NCBI GenBank assembly: GCA_963514005.1
Contig: OY740800.1
Coordinates: 41,168,001 to 41,232,000 of the forward strand
Length of the DNA stretch: 64,000 nucleotides
Reading direction: 5' to 3'
Source of the DNA: Raja brachyura
Lineage: Eukaryota
Shown here: in pieces, positions 36,636 through 49,000 of the stretch
Layout: each line of letters starts with the position of its first letter
Position numbering within the stretch: the stretch's first letter is position 1
Translations under genes and position numbers: made by a program
The notes under the pieces: generated by a model
Seen by the model: the letters and a program-made list of their open reading frames with translations, nothing else
The model's database searches: none
What the model was told of the DNA's origin: nothing

Positions 36636-37525
36636 TTTATTTTTGTAATTAATTTATTTGTAATTAATTTATTAGCCAAGTACGTAAACATACAAAAATG
36701 CAACAAGATACATAATGATTTAAAAAATTAAACGTAAACAGCCACCACAGCGGCATGTGAGAGAGCACACAGCATACGTGGAGACCCACAGCCATCGGTC
36801 CAATGTCCGGGCCACACACGCGCTGCTTCACCGTGATGTGACCAGAGTTGTACCGACCGCTGTCACTCTCTCTGCAGTCCCTGTCCGCCCGAACAGTCAG
36901 AAAGCCGTCCGCACTCGCACCAGACTCCGGGATGTCCTCATGGAGCCTTGTCCCCACAAAACACCGCGATCACAGCACACACGGCACTCCCTCCGAGTCC
37001 TCACCAGCGCAGGCAGCACGGCCATCTTGTTTTCTCAGCGACCTCACATTCCCCACGGTGATGGAAGGCAAGTAACTTATCCCTTCTTTCCTCCTTTTCT
37101 CCCGCGGTCGGGGCGATTGAAACTTCCGCAGTTGGTGATCGAAGTTCCCGCAGTCGGTGGTCGAAGCTCCCGCGTCGGGGCGGTCGACACTCCCGCGTCG
37201 GGGCGGTCGAAGCTCCCGCGTCGGGGCGGTCGAAGCTCCCGCGTCGGGGCGGTCGAAGCTCCAGCGGTTGGAGCTCCCGCAGTCGATCCCCAACAAAGGG
37301 ACCGCCAGCTCCACGACGTTAAAGCCGCAGTGCGGACAGAGATACGATGAAAAGTCGCTTCTCCGTCGAGGAAAGAGATAAAAAAGGTTTCCCCCAAACC
37401 CCACCCCCACATAGTACAAAAACTAAAGGTACACTAAACACAAACAAGTAAACACAGACCAAAACAGCGAATGAAGAAAAAGACAAGGCAGGCTGTTGGC
37501 GCGACTGCCATGTACGGCGCCAGTG
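36636..37525 (-). mobile_element. Internally deleted Rex1/Babar(L2-group)-like LINE derivative: 5' end, start of APE endonuclease, and 3' tail
   Basis: Minus-strand peptides LPSITVGNVRSL and LHEDIPES...DGFLTVRADRD resemble an APE N-terminus. The tail reads gtacttggctaataaattaattacaaataaattaattac. It contains a 23-bp tandem array. Confidence 0.65.
37160..37262. repeat. 23-bp tandem repeat (gtcgaagctcccgcgtcggggcg) x ~4.5
   Basis: Directly visible. Confidence 0.9.
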
Positions 37526-37992
37526 GTCTTGCTTTAAGAAAACAAGTGGTATTGTAGTTTAGAAAATTGGGAAGTATTGTTCCAAATTTACAGGTTATTG
37601 GTGAGACTGCACCCGGAGAACAGGGACCCAGTGACCCCTGTATCACAGGGAGCGGGAACGGTATGCATCGCCATTTTCCCTAACGTGAAGCCACATCATC
37701 TGTGCCTTTGTCAAGAAAATCTAGTTGAAATATTGTGCTCTTTTATTGATTTTTCCCGCTGAATCCAACGAGAGCCGGTGTTATTCCTTATCTCAGATCC
37801 TTGTGAATTCTGCAAGGTGCGTTTTCTTGTAATTTAGCAACAATGTGTTCACCGGAGAGATTTGCTCGGGGAACCCCCTACTCCATCGCCGTAGCCGTGA
37901 GGGAAACAACTCGCTCCCGTCAGAGTTTCCCCCACATGAGTTGGGAACATTCGGAGGAAATACGTGGATGCTGCACATATTTCTGCACCGTA

Positions 37993-38731
37993 AGGGGCCT
38001 GTCCCACTGCGGTGACCTAATCTGCGAGTTTAGACGAGTTTGTCTTCGACTCAAACTCGCAGCATGGTCGATGCGTGGTCCTAGGAGGTTCTATGTGGTC
38101 ACTGGAACTCTCCTTCATGCTCGAGGGAAGTTCCCGCATACTCGCTGCCTCGGCTAGGTCGTGGAAAATTTTTCAGCATGTTGAAAACGTTTGGCGAGTA
38201 AAAATTGGTCGGCGTGGTTCTTTTTAACTCGTAGTGCAGTGGAGTGGGGTCGCTATGTAGTTACAGGCAGTCGAGGGCAGCCGTAGGCAATCTCCTTCGC
38301 TGACCGGGCTTTTTAATTGGCCCATTTGAGTTTTCAGGACCAAGGAAAACTGACCGGTAGGTTAAATGCCCGCTAAACGTTATTAAACGTCTAACTTCTT
38401 AAAAGTGTCTCCACTCATTTTCCCCTCCTCCCCACCTTCTGCCTCCCTTCTCTCCCCCACGCCCCCTCCGCACTCGCTAAAGGACTTACCGTACACTGTG
38501 CAGCCATCTTTTACATTCCTCTTCCTAGCGAGTGTGAATTTCAGACAGTGCTCCCCTGCTTTCCCTGGCCCCCGCCTTTGCGATGTGTGTGTGTGCGCGT
38601 GCTGAATGTCCGCGGTTTCATCGCTGACGGTCGAACCAGCTCGAGGTTTTCCAGGCGAGTGCCCTCGAGCTTGAAGGTCAAAGACACTCTTCGGAACTCG
38701 CGGATTAGGTCGCTGCAGTGGGACAGCCCCT
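37993..38731. mobile_element. PIF/Harbinger-type non-autonomous DNA transposon
   Basis: TIRs ggggcctgtcccactgcggtgacctaatctgcgagtt / aactcgcggattaggtcgctgcagtgggacagcccc. Confidence 0.85.
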
Positions 38732-39094
38732 TTAGTTGGCCTCCAAGAATGAATCTCATCAAAAACATATGCAGAGCATTAATCAACAACTATTTGGTTT
38801 ATTTACCTTGAAATAAGGGAGGGAGGCTGTCATGGTGACTGAGTGCTGCCTTCAATATCCTGTCTCATTAATGATGCTTCTTTCTCCAGTGGTGAGTGAA
38901 GATGCAAAGACAAACGGTGTTAATCTGAAAATGTTCCAGTCACGGGGCCCGCCTCTTGCTGATCATTACCAGGGCTCACACGCATTGTACACTGCCTTCA
39001 TTTACAGCACAGCATGTATTTCAATGGAAAATAAGCCCCCAAATCCCACAGGAGCCATCATTACTAGCCACGAACAAGTGCTGTGTCAGATCAA

Positions 39095-39402
39095 GGGCAG
39101 CACGGTGGCGCAGCGGTAGAGTTGTTGCCTCACAGCGCCAGACATCCGGGTTTGATCTTGACTACGTGTGCTGTCTGTATGGAGTTTGTACGCTCTCCCT
39201 GTGACCGCCCTGTGGGTTTTTTCCCGGTGCTCCGGTATCCTCCCGCTCTCCAAAGACCTACAGGTTTGTGGGTTAATCAGCTTTGGTAAAATTGTAAATT
39301 CTGTGTGTAGGATAGTTTTAGTGTGTGGGGATCGCTGGTTGGCACGGACTCGGTTGGCCGAAGGGCCTGATTTTGCGATGTATCTCTAAAACTAAAACTA
39401 AA
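39095..39402 (+). mobile_element. HE1 SINE, full length
   Basis: A/B boxes, V core and (taaaac)n tail. Confidence 0.92.
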
Positions 39403-39834
39403 TCAACATAATAAACCCGATCGTGCTTTTCAAATAGGGCTTGAGGACCATGCAACACTTGCTGCTTAAAGGATGGCGAATATTGAGTAGAAGAATTTAG
39501 TTTTTCAAGCGAGTAGCTAATGTTTCTTTCTGTTGAGATATTATTGCTGGGGTATCATAGTGATGCTGATGACGATAGTTTATTGTCACGTGTACCAAGG
39601 CACAGTGAAAATCTTTGTTTTGCATACAACCCATTAAAATCATACTATACATTGGCACCATCGTAGATAAGTACAAAAGTGTGTTTGTAGGCCTCACTGA
39701 GGCAGTACACAAAAAGTCACCACGTTTCTTATGCCAACAAAGTTTCAAAGTACTTAAGAGAGCAGGCTTATCCTGACCTGAAAGGCCCGTTGCCATGGCG
39801 GCGCCGATCCTCTCATCCGTCTGCCACCATTTTG

Positions 39835-40060
39835 ACAGAGAGTGGTGAGTCTGTGGAATTCTCTGCCTCAGAGGGCGGTGGAGGCCGATTCTCTGGATGC
39901 TTTGAAGAGAGAGCCCTAAAAAATAGCGGAGTCAGGGGAAATGGGGAGAAGACAGGAACGGGGTACTGATTGCGGATGATCAGCCATGATCACATTGAAT
40001 GGTGGTGCTGGCTCGAAGGGCCGAATGGCCTCCTCCTGCACCTATTGTCTATTGTCTATT
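39835..40060 (+). mobile_element. CR1-type LINE 3' fragment
   Basis: Similar to 2140-2380, with a (ctattgt)n tail. Confidence 0.85.
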
Positions 40061-40732
40061 GAAAACGGCCCTTTGTCCAGGGCCCAGCGCCGTCACTGAC
40101 CTCCTCACCGGTTCCCGGCCTTTGGGGTCGAGCGGGAGAAGAGCTTCGGACGGCTCCAGGTGAGTTCCCAGTCCCCGATGGGAAAGCCAGGCCTACTGTC
40201 GAGGTGTGGCCGCGGCTCGGCGGGAGAGTCTGCCGCCCTGCTGGGCTGAATGGGAGCTACATGAAGGGCCCATTCATCAAACCGATGCACAGCCTTGTGA
40301 TGTTGTTAACCAGCTCCGATGCAGTAATTTTGTGATCATTAATTCTGTGTATTAGCGACAATAGTGGAGAGATCTGTTACAGTACTCTCCCAGGGAATGT
40401 GCACTGTAGTTGTTCATAAACTTATAAAGCACAGCTTCATAAAGAAAATTTCAAATTGCATCCATAGCCAACATGACTTTGTGATGTTAATCCTAGTTAC
40501 AGGAGGTGGCTGTGATTTTGTCTGTCTTCGCTCCAAAAGGCCAGAATTCATCTACGGTTGTTTACATTCTGCTGCACGAAGGCTCAGCGATAGTGTGTCG
40601 TTTCAATAAACCAAACCGTGCAGCAAAAGGAAAACTCCTCACTAAATCTCTCGGTTCAAACTTTTCTATTTACTAATCCACTTTGCTGTGCCGTCTCTCT
40701 GTATATTTGTCTAATTTGTCAGTTTTTTGTAG

Positions 40733-40808
40733 ATTGTCAGCAGTCTGCTATCTCCATACCGCCACACTGCTCACAACTAGACAGAGGATGTGACTCAGAG
40801 ACGGAAAG
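40733..40808 (+). CDS. BICD1: BICD1 76-nt dual-frame exon: IVSSLLSPYRHTAHN* (stop 40778-40780) or (D)CQQSAISIPPHCSQLDRGCDSETE
   Basis: Acceptor ttttttgtag|ATT and donor GAAAG|gtaacg. Both frames resemble recalled human isoform ends (IVSSLLPPYRHSAHN and DCQQPAASVPPQCSQL). Confidence 0.9.
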
Positions 40809-43564
40809 GTAACGTTTTAATTACCTCTGAACCCCAGTCTGAAGCATGCATTGTCCATGACGTTCCTGTCCAGAGCTGACCATCTTTGCGTTTTGGCCAA
40901 ATGCTTCCCTCACGCCTTACTGCATGTTGGGATTCACCTTTGACGGTTCATGCTTCACAGTGTCGCTTTAGTTCCAGGTTCCACACTTGTGTCGCAGTGC
41001 ATTTTACCATCGTGACTGAACTAATGCCCCTATCATCCCTGTCAACATGTGCAATATCGTAGCTTCATTTGAACCATTCTGTGTCCAGTAACTTCTCTTT
41101 GTTCCTATGTGTTCGTTGAACTTTCTTGACAAAGAAAAAAAACAAATTGAACATTGTGACTCTGAATGGACTTCTTGTTTGGCTTATTATCCATCTCAAA
41201 GATTGAAAATTCATCATGCCGTTATAGCGAGGAGTGTCGTACTGTCGTCTCACTCACAATTCAGCTTTGGGAGGCTTCAATTTATACAGACATTCAGACT
41301 TATTATTAACCAGCTTAGTAAGATTATACCAAAAATGAACTATGCAAACCACATTATATTAGCATGTTTAAGAAAGAACTGCAGATGCTGGAAAAATATT
41401 TTTATTAGCCATCGTCCGCTTAATAACCAACAGAATATGGTGACATTTTGTTGTGTTTACCAGTTGACACACATGATGCTTGTTCAGCAACATGACAGTT
41501 TAAAAAAAAGATATATTTCCAATGTGTATTTTTTTTTAATACAATATCAGATGGAAAATTTAAGTATTGGATAAAAATCAGATTAATTTAGTACATTATC
41601 AGATGAGGATGAATTTTAACCACTCGATTATGGTGACTGAGTACACACTCACTATTGTAAGAGTGGACACTAGTATAAGATCTTTCCAGGTTTTGGGTAA
41701 ATAATTCTGCCCATTTATCCAAGGCTGGCATGATGTGTGACTTGCAGCGGAAAAAAATTGTGTGTCTCACTGCCTTTGATAGGTGGTGGGAAGAACTACA
41801 ATGAGAGTACAAACTGCAGCTACTGTTTTCCATTGGCAAAAGGAACCTAAGCTTGCAGATAAAGTGCTGTAAGCTTACAGATTGCAGTTCGGCCATACAG
41901 CATGGATACAGGCCCTTCGATCGCCCGTTCACACTAGTTCTATGTTATCCCAACTTCACACCCACTCCCCACACCTTGGGGGCAATTTACAGAGGGCCAA
42001 TTAACCTACAAACCCGCACATCTTTGCGATCTGGCAGGAAGCCGGAGCACCTGGAGGAAACCCACGCGGTCCCCATAATCGCTCTCCCATGAAAGGTTTG
42101 ACTAATAGTGAATCGCTCTTCAGCAACTGTCTGAGATTGAGCCAGACTATTTGGAATCTCGGTGAGCCGCATGTTGAGTTTGGGCCAATTGACTATTATT
42201 TTGCCCTCAACCTGTATTCCACAGCCCTACTTTGTCCAGCTCATTTCTGCTCATCACACACTCATCCACATTTTGTTATTTGACTCTTGACTGCACTTCC
42301 AGTCAGTATTCCTCAGCCCACACTCGATAACATTCAAGTCATACAAAACTCTGCCCACTTGTATCCTGGCACCTCGTGCTGAGCTGCCAACGTCAGCTCC
42401 CATTAGCACTTGGCTTAAAATCCTCATTCCTGCTTGTAAAAAGCTTCACATGGTCTCCCCTCTAAATCTCTGTAACCTTCCAATAGTACAATCTTCTGAG
42501 GTATCCACATTCTTTCAACTATAGGCTCTCAGCCTATTTACCTTATGCCAAAGTAATATTATTCCATCATCGGTAGATGAATCTTTAGTTGGCACAACAC
42601 TAAGCTCTGAAATTTTGCTTAAGTGAGGATAGACACAAAGCGCTGGAGTAACTCGGCAGGTCAGGCAGCATCAATTTCATGAAATGTCCTTCCTCGGCCT
42701 TGTTTTCCTTTCTCTTTGATTAATCTTTTGGTTATCTGCATTTTTACCCACGTGTCTAGTTTGCTTCAAGTCTTTGTCTTTGTAACTTTTCTATTAAATA
42801 CTGTGCCATTGAAAATACTACATAGATACAAGATTTTTGTTGCATCTGTGTATAGATGTCACTGGTTAGATTCTCTCAAAATAAAAATGATACATTATAT
42901 TAATTAACTATATCCACTGAGTGGCCATGGCTATTCAGAAATTAGTAATTAAACGGCATAATTAATTCACCACTATCCAGAATGGTAGGTATTTACATGC
43001 AAACTACAATTTTCCCAGTTAATTTCGTTACGAAGAGCCAGGCTCATCTCTTTATAGATTTAATCCTTCGTAATACTACAAAAAATATTGTTGACAAGCC
43101 TTCTGTACTTTCCCCTTTTTCTTTACTAGCTACCTTGAACCATTGCTAGATTATCTCCCTATATTGAAAATGTTACGCTATTCACAAGACCTATGACTTC
43201 TGGGTTTATTGCTGTTACTAACATTTGTTGGTGAAAACTTTTTTGTCGACATGTTTGGATGGTCATTTGACAGGATTATCAACTGTGAAATGTTCCTCGA
43301 CCCACGTGAGAAATACACTTTCAGTAGATTGGCTGCTTCAGGCTTAAACTGGTAAACACAACATTTAAATGAGCCATATTAACTGGGACCGTCACACGTT
43401 TTTTGGTGAGTTTGTGGCGGGGACTGGACTCCTGTCAGTGGGGCAGTAGTGGTGCTATAATTATCCCAAATCTTCCAGCTCATATGGTCATAAGGTCATA
43501 AGTGATACGAGTAGAATTGGGCCATTTAAGTCTACTCCACCATTCAATCATTTCACAAAGTCCA

Positions 43565-44601
43565 CAAACTTAATCCACAAACCTGACTGTGCCGGTAGAC
43601 CCATTGTCTCTGCCTGTTCGTGCCCTACTGAACTTATTTCCACATACCTTGACTCCATCCTATCCCCCTTGGTTAAATCCCTCCCCACCTATGTTCAAGA
43701 CACCTCAGACACTCTCTGTCGTCTCCGCGCATTCCATTCTCTAGGTGCCCATCCCCTCATCTTCACCAGTCACTCTACACCTCCATCCCCCACCAGGATG
43801 GTCTCAAAGCCCTCCGGTTCTTCCACGACCAGAGGAGCAACCTATACCCGTCCACTGATGCTCTCCTCCGCCTAGCGGAGTTGGTACTTACCCTCAATAA
43901 CTTCTCGTTCGACTACTCCCATTTCCTCCAAACACAAGGCGTAGCTATGGGCGCACGCATGGGCCCCAGCTACGCTTGCCTCTTTGTCAGGCATATCGAA
44001 CAATCCTTGTTCGGGGCCTACCAGGGCCCCATCCCCGACCTCTACCTCCGCTACATCGACGATTGCTTTGGTGCCACCTCCTGCACCCACACACAACTCA
44101 CTGACTTCATCCGTTTCACCACTAACTTCCATCCGGCACTCAAATACACCTGGGCCATTTCCGACATTTCCCTACCATTCCTTGACCTCACTATCTCCAT
44201 CGCAGGTGATACACTCCTGACCGACATCCACTACAAACCCACTGACTCCCACGGCTATCTTGACTACTCTTCCTCCCACCCTGCTTCCTGTAAGGACTCC
44301 ATCCCCCATTCCCAATTCCTCCTCCACGGCCAGAGTGAGCAACACTGGAAATTGGAGGAGCAGCACCTCATATTCCGCTTGGGGAGTCTGCATCCTCTTG
44401 GCATGAACATTGATTTCTCACAATTCTGTTGACCCTCACTGTCTCCTCCCCTTCCTACCTCTCCCTCAGTGCCTGAAGAAGGATTTTGGCCCAAAACGTT
44501 GCCCATTTCCTTCGCTCCATAGATGCTGCTGCACCCGCTGAGTTTCTCCAGCATTTTTGTGTACCTTCGATTTTCCAGCATTTGCAGTTCCTTCTTAAAC
44601 A
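43565..44601 (+). mobile_element. Penelope-like retroelement remnant: degraded RT, internal deletion, 3' pLTR, 14-bp TSD
   Basis: RT motifs QTQGVAMGARMGPSYACLF, YLRYIDDCFG, LPFLDL and YKPTDSHGYLDYSSSHP, and C-terminal KLEEQHLIFRLGSLHPLGMNIDF. tttcacaaagtcca is repeated at 43551-43564 and 44602-44615. Confidence 0.9.
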
Positions 44602-44642
44602 TTTCACAAAGTCCATTTTATATCTGTGATCTCAGTTAGAAG

Positions 44643-45372
44643 GTCATAAGGTCCCCAGAGATAGCAGTAGTTTTAGGCCATTCAGCCCATCAAGTCTGAC
44701 ATTCAATCATGGCTGATCTATCTCTCATAGAAACATAGAAATTAGGTGCAGGAGTAGGCCATTCGGCCCTTCGAGCCTGCACCGCCATTCAATATGATCA
44801 TATCTGATCATCCAACTCAGTATCCCGTACCTGCCTTCTCTCCATACCCTCTGATCCCCTTAGCCACAAGGGCCACATCTAACTCCCTCTTAAATATAGC
44901 AATTTAATATAGCAACTCTCCCTCCTAACCCCATTTTCCTGCCTTCTCCCCATAACCTCTGACATCTGTACTAGAGTATCTATCTATCTCTGCCTTAAAG
45001 AATCTATCTATCTCGGCCTTAAAAAAAAAACGGACTTGGCCTCCACAGCCATCGGTGGCAAAGAATTCCACAGATTCACAATGCTCTGACTAAGGAGATT
45101 TCTCCTCATCTCCTTCCTAAAAGAACATCCTTTAATTCTGAGGCTATGACCTGTCGTCCTAGACTCTCCCACGAGTGGAAACACCCTCGCCACATCCACA
45201 CAATCCAAGCCTTTCACTATTCTGTATGTTTCAATGAGGTCCCCCCCTCATTCTTCTAGACCCTAGCGAGTGCAGGCCCAGTGCCGACCAACCCTCACCT
45301 ATGGTTAACCTTTGGTTCCTGGGATCATTCTCGTAAACCTTCTCTGGACCCTCTCCAGAGCCAGCACCTTCC
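44643..45372 (-). mobile_element. Nested CR1-type LINE 3' fragments
   Basis: A young fragment (~44727-44900) sits inside an older CR1 3' end. ORF 45008-45217 reads KGLDCVDVARVFPLVGESRTTGHSLRIKG. Confidence 0.85.
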
Positions 45373-45934
45373 TCCAGATTGCAGTGGCCCAGGGCAAATA
45401 ATCCAAATCAAAAGTGCTGGAATGTGGATTTTAGATGGTGATACAATGTGGCTTCACTGTGAAGGGTATCCCATTCTCATAGTTGGCCTGATTACTAACT
45501 CCTTAAGTTGTGAGCTTCGGTATAACTACCCTTGAATCTGAAGTCGAGAATGAATCGGTGGAGATTGAATGAGATCAGATAGGCTGCCCACTTTACATCT
45601 CGACCCGAAACGTCACCTATTCCTTTTGGACACTAGACAATAGGTGCAGGAGTAGGCCATTCGGCCCTTCGAGTCAGCACCGCTCCAGAAACGCTGCCTG
45701 ACCCGCTGAGTAAGTGAATCCGATCCCTTCAGACGCTTGCCAGGTAGCTGAGATTAAAATTGCGTATATCTACAGGAAAGAAGATTGGAAATAAGGGGAC
45801 GTCAGCAGATTTTAAAATATAGTTGCAATAAATTGCTACTGGCCCGTGTATATAACAGCTGCATGGTTTCCAACAGTGTCATCTTGCTTTCTCGGTGTCT
45901 GTATCTCTTACTGCTTTTTTTTTTAACTTTGCAG

Positions 45935-46025
45935 TCCAAATATAGCTCTCCAGGAAGAGCAACCACATTCCAGATCAAAGTGTGTCCCTCTCCGATATCT
46001 TTCCGAGACTCCTCCCCATTCCTAG
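45935..46025 (+). CDS. BICD1: BICD1 terminal exon, coding part for the long isoform: (S)PNIALQEEQPHSRSKCVPLRYLSETPPHS*
   Basis: Polypyrimidine tract and ttttaactttgcag|T acceptor. The phase matches the 40808 donor. Similar to recalled human SPDTALPEEQPHSSSQCAPLHCLSKPPHP*. Confidence 0.85.
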
Positions 46026-49000
46026 TCATGCCACTGGAAGTTGTCCACCGGAAAGAAGGAAGTAGGATTTCTCTGGCAGAGTCGCACTGGCAGGAGGAAC
46101 AGCCAGAGCATTCCTCTGCAGCTTCACCGCCGCATCCCCCCCCCCCCCCTCCCCCACTACTCCTGTCAAAGGTGGTGGCAATATCGAAGAGGGTGTTGAT
46201 CAACGAGACACGTGAAGTACTGAGCATTTGCCCGGGAAAAAAACCTCCTTTGCTGCTTATTTTCCCCTTTCCCATCTCCCCCCCCACCCCATCCTTACCC
46301 CCCCCCCCCCCCCCCCTCATCTCTTATTTCAGGGTATAGAAGGCCGACTAACCTTTGTGTAACAGAATAGCTTGGCTTTTGCCTCTGAAACATAAGGAGA
46401 GATCGGGGCAGAACAAAGCACCAAAATACTTGATTTGTAAAAGTTGGACACCAGTCATTCAGCATCTGGGATTACGAACATGAATTGATTTTGACGTGTG
46501 TTTCGGTGATCATTTTTGGCCGCATGAGGTGATGCCATATATTTTGTACGGTTTGTCCAAACCGATGTTTCAGTATATTGTTCTCTTGTATGATTTTCCC
46601 ATTTAATTTATTGGATGACCTTTGGTAGGAAATTATTACTTGGAAATTATGTTGTGATTGTCTTAAAAAGGGGGAAAAAGGAGAAAAAAAAAGGTATTTT
46701 GACATTAGCAATTCCTAGAGTCTGCCAAGAGTGTGAACTGAACCTCAATTCCTCTTAACTCTCTGCATTTCCGACGCTGCAGATCAGCTACTTCATTGTA
46801 TTTATTTATTTATTTGTCCTCCTATTTAACTTACAAACGGATGCATTTTGATTTGTACCTTTTCACAAAAACAGATTACAAGAGTATTTATTTGATGTTT
46901 GGGGTAGATAGCAAACAGAGGTAGCTCGATCTGCCACGCTCGGTTTCAAGAGGTTGATACTAATATTATTTAATAGATTTTGTTGCCTTCAAGTAACATT
47001 AACGGTGCTCCTGTTGAGAAAAAAGAAAATCAGGGTATTATTGCCAGGACGCTGTCTTCTAAGACGAACTGACTAAAACGGCCGCAGTCATCTTTCTACA
47101 TTATGTGCAAGGGTTTGGAACATTTATCTGTAAGTATATAATGTCTTAAGTGTGACAACTTTTACACCTTGTTAGATAAACGTATCCAAGAGCCCCCACG
47201 GACTGGTGTTGATGTTTGAAGAATCAGGATTAAATCTGTAATCACCACGGATCAGTATTAATAGTGTTTATGAAGTTCTTTGGGGCTGAGGAGACCCTGG
47301 GTTCCTGTGAACAAAAATGTGAATGGTATAGATAGTACCGTTATTCAAGAAGTAATGGTGAATGATTATTCCCCTACTCAAGTTGAAGACACATCCGAAT
47401 CTCATGAAACCAAGTCTTCTGCCAGAGATGTTTACATTTGTGTTTTCACAATTGGCAAAAAGCTGAGCATTCATTGACTTGTGTTTTAACTTCTCTGACT
47501 GGCACATTTCACTTTTTGCACAATCCATGCCCGGTTGCATTACAATGCAATTCTGATTAAGAATTACAAATTAGGTTGGGTGGTTTAAGCAACTTATTCC
47601 AGGATGCGATTTTGATTTACGCCTTTTCATAAAACATGGTATGCAAACAGTATATATGCAAATAGTAAATATGTTTGTCTATATCAAAGCCATTTTGTAA
47701 TTGTTCTTTTCTATGGACAAAATATCGGGTACGCAATGTGTCCAAACCAGTGCCATAACTGTGTACTGCACTCATTCTGGGCAAAACATTTATGGTGCCC
47801 ATCAACCTTTCTGTGACATGTAAGGAACTTCAACCTAATAGTCTCTTTTGTTAAAAGAAAGATGATTCTCAGCACTGCCATCATAAGGCAATGGCATACA
47901 TCATACCCAACTGGCAAAGAGTGTAGCAAAATAAGGGCAGTCAGTTAACATAGGCCGCCCATCTTGAGGGAAGATGAAGTATTTAGGAAAAAGCTTTATA
48001 TTAACGGGAAATGGAAGAAAAATTAAGACTAGAGAAACAGACTACACCAAAACACACATGTTTATTGGAGTTTGAAGTCATTGTGTTGAAAATGGTATAC
48101 AGTTCCTGGTCTGACTGGATCTGCCTAATTAATCTTCCTGAAGCCCATGCCCTTTGTGGAACTTCTACTAGAAATAATGTAGGTTATGTTAGAAAATAAA
48201 CATTTGTGACTAAAGTAAGAAGCATCTAATCTATTTAGATTTGTTTTTAAAGTTGTTTCAGAAGAAGTAAATACCAATGTAATGGGCCATGGATAAAGAC
48301 TGCTTAGATCCTTTGTTATGTCCACTTGGCAAGTGCAATCTGATCCCACTCCCCTTTGGACAGCTACGGACAAGTCAGTATCATCAGATTGGCCAAGAAA
48401 CCTTTGAAGTGGAATTGATTGAAATAATAATTTCACTAAATTTGGAACACATCCCTGAGTCAGTGACTTGTTTAGCAGTTCTTCAGCTGGGCAGAGTGGG
48501 AAGTAAAAACGGCAACAGGAAACCTGTGTTATACTCCTCATTATATCAGTCTGGAAAGGAATACATGTTATGTTGCATTCAGTTGGTAAATATTTCATAA
48601 AAAAAATAAAATCAACAGTTTCTGCTGACCATTGAATGCCTACATTGAATAGGCAAATTGTAAATACTGCTTCGAGTGAACGCTGTAGCCAATACTCTAC
48701 CCTCTTTGCCTTCCCATTGCATTGACCATGACAAACACCATTGCTCTCAGCTACTATCCTGTTGCTGTTTCTAGTCTGTTTGTGAGCAACGATTGAAAGG
48801 TCTGTACTTGCTGTCACTGTTCCCATGTGTTGATTGCATCGATCACCACAATCTCCATCGCTCTCAGCTTCTAATCCTGTTCCTTTTCCCCAATCCGTGT
48901 GTGAGCAATGATGATAAAGCTTACTCTTTCTGCCACCGCTAGAACATCCTTGGCAGGATATCCTCAGTTAGCCTGGACTGCGATCAATTGGTGTTGAACG

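Noticed and set aside
45785-46339. 184-aa + and 172-aa - ORFs over the terminal exon
   Set aside because: Driven by poly-C/G runs. The frame that resembles BICD1 is a different, shorter one (45936-46025).
47280-47477. Protein-looking short ORF in the 3' UTR
   Set aside because: Non-ATG start, no splice sites and no recognisable homology.
48125-48826. 233-aa minus-strand ORF in the 3' UTR region
   Set aside because: No recognisable domain, Cys-rich low-information composition and no splice support.
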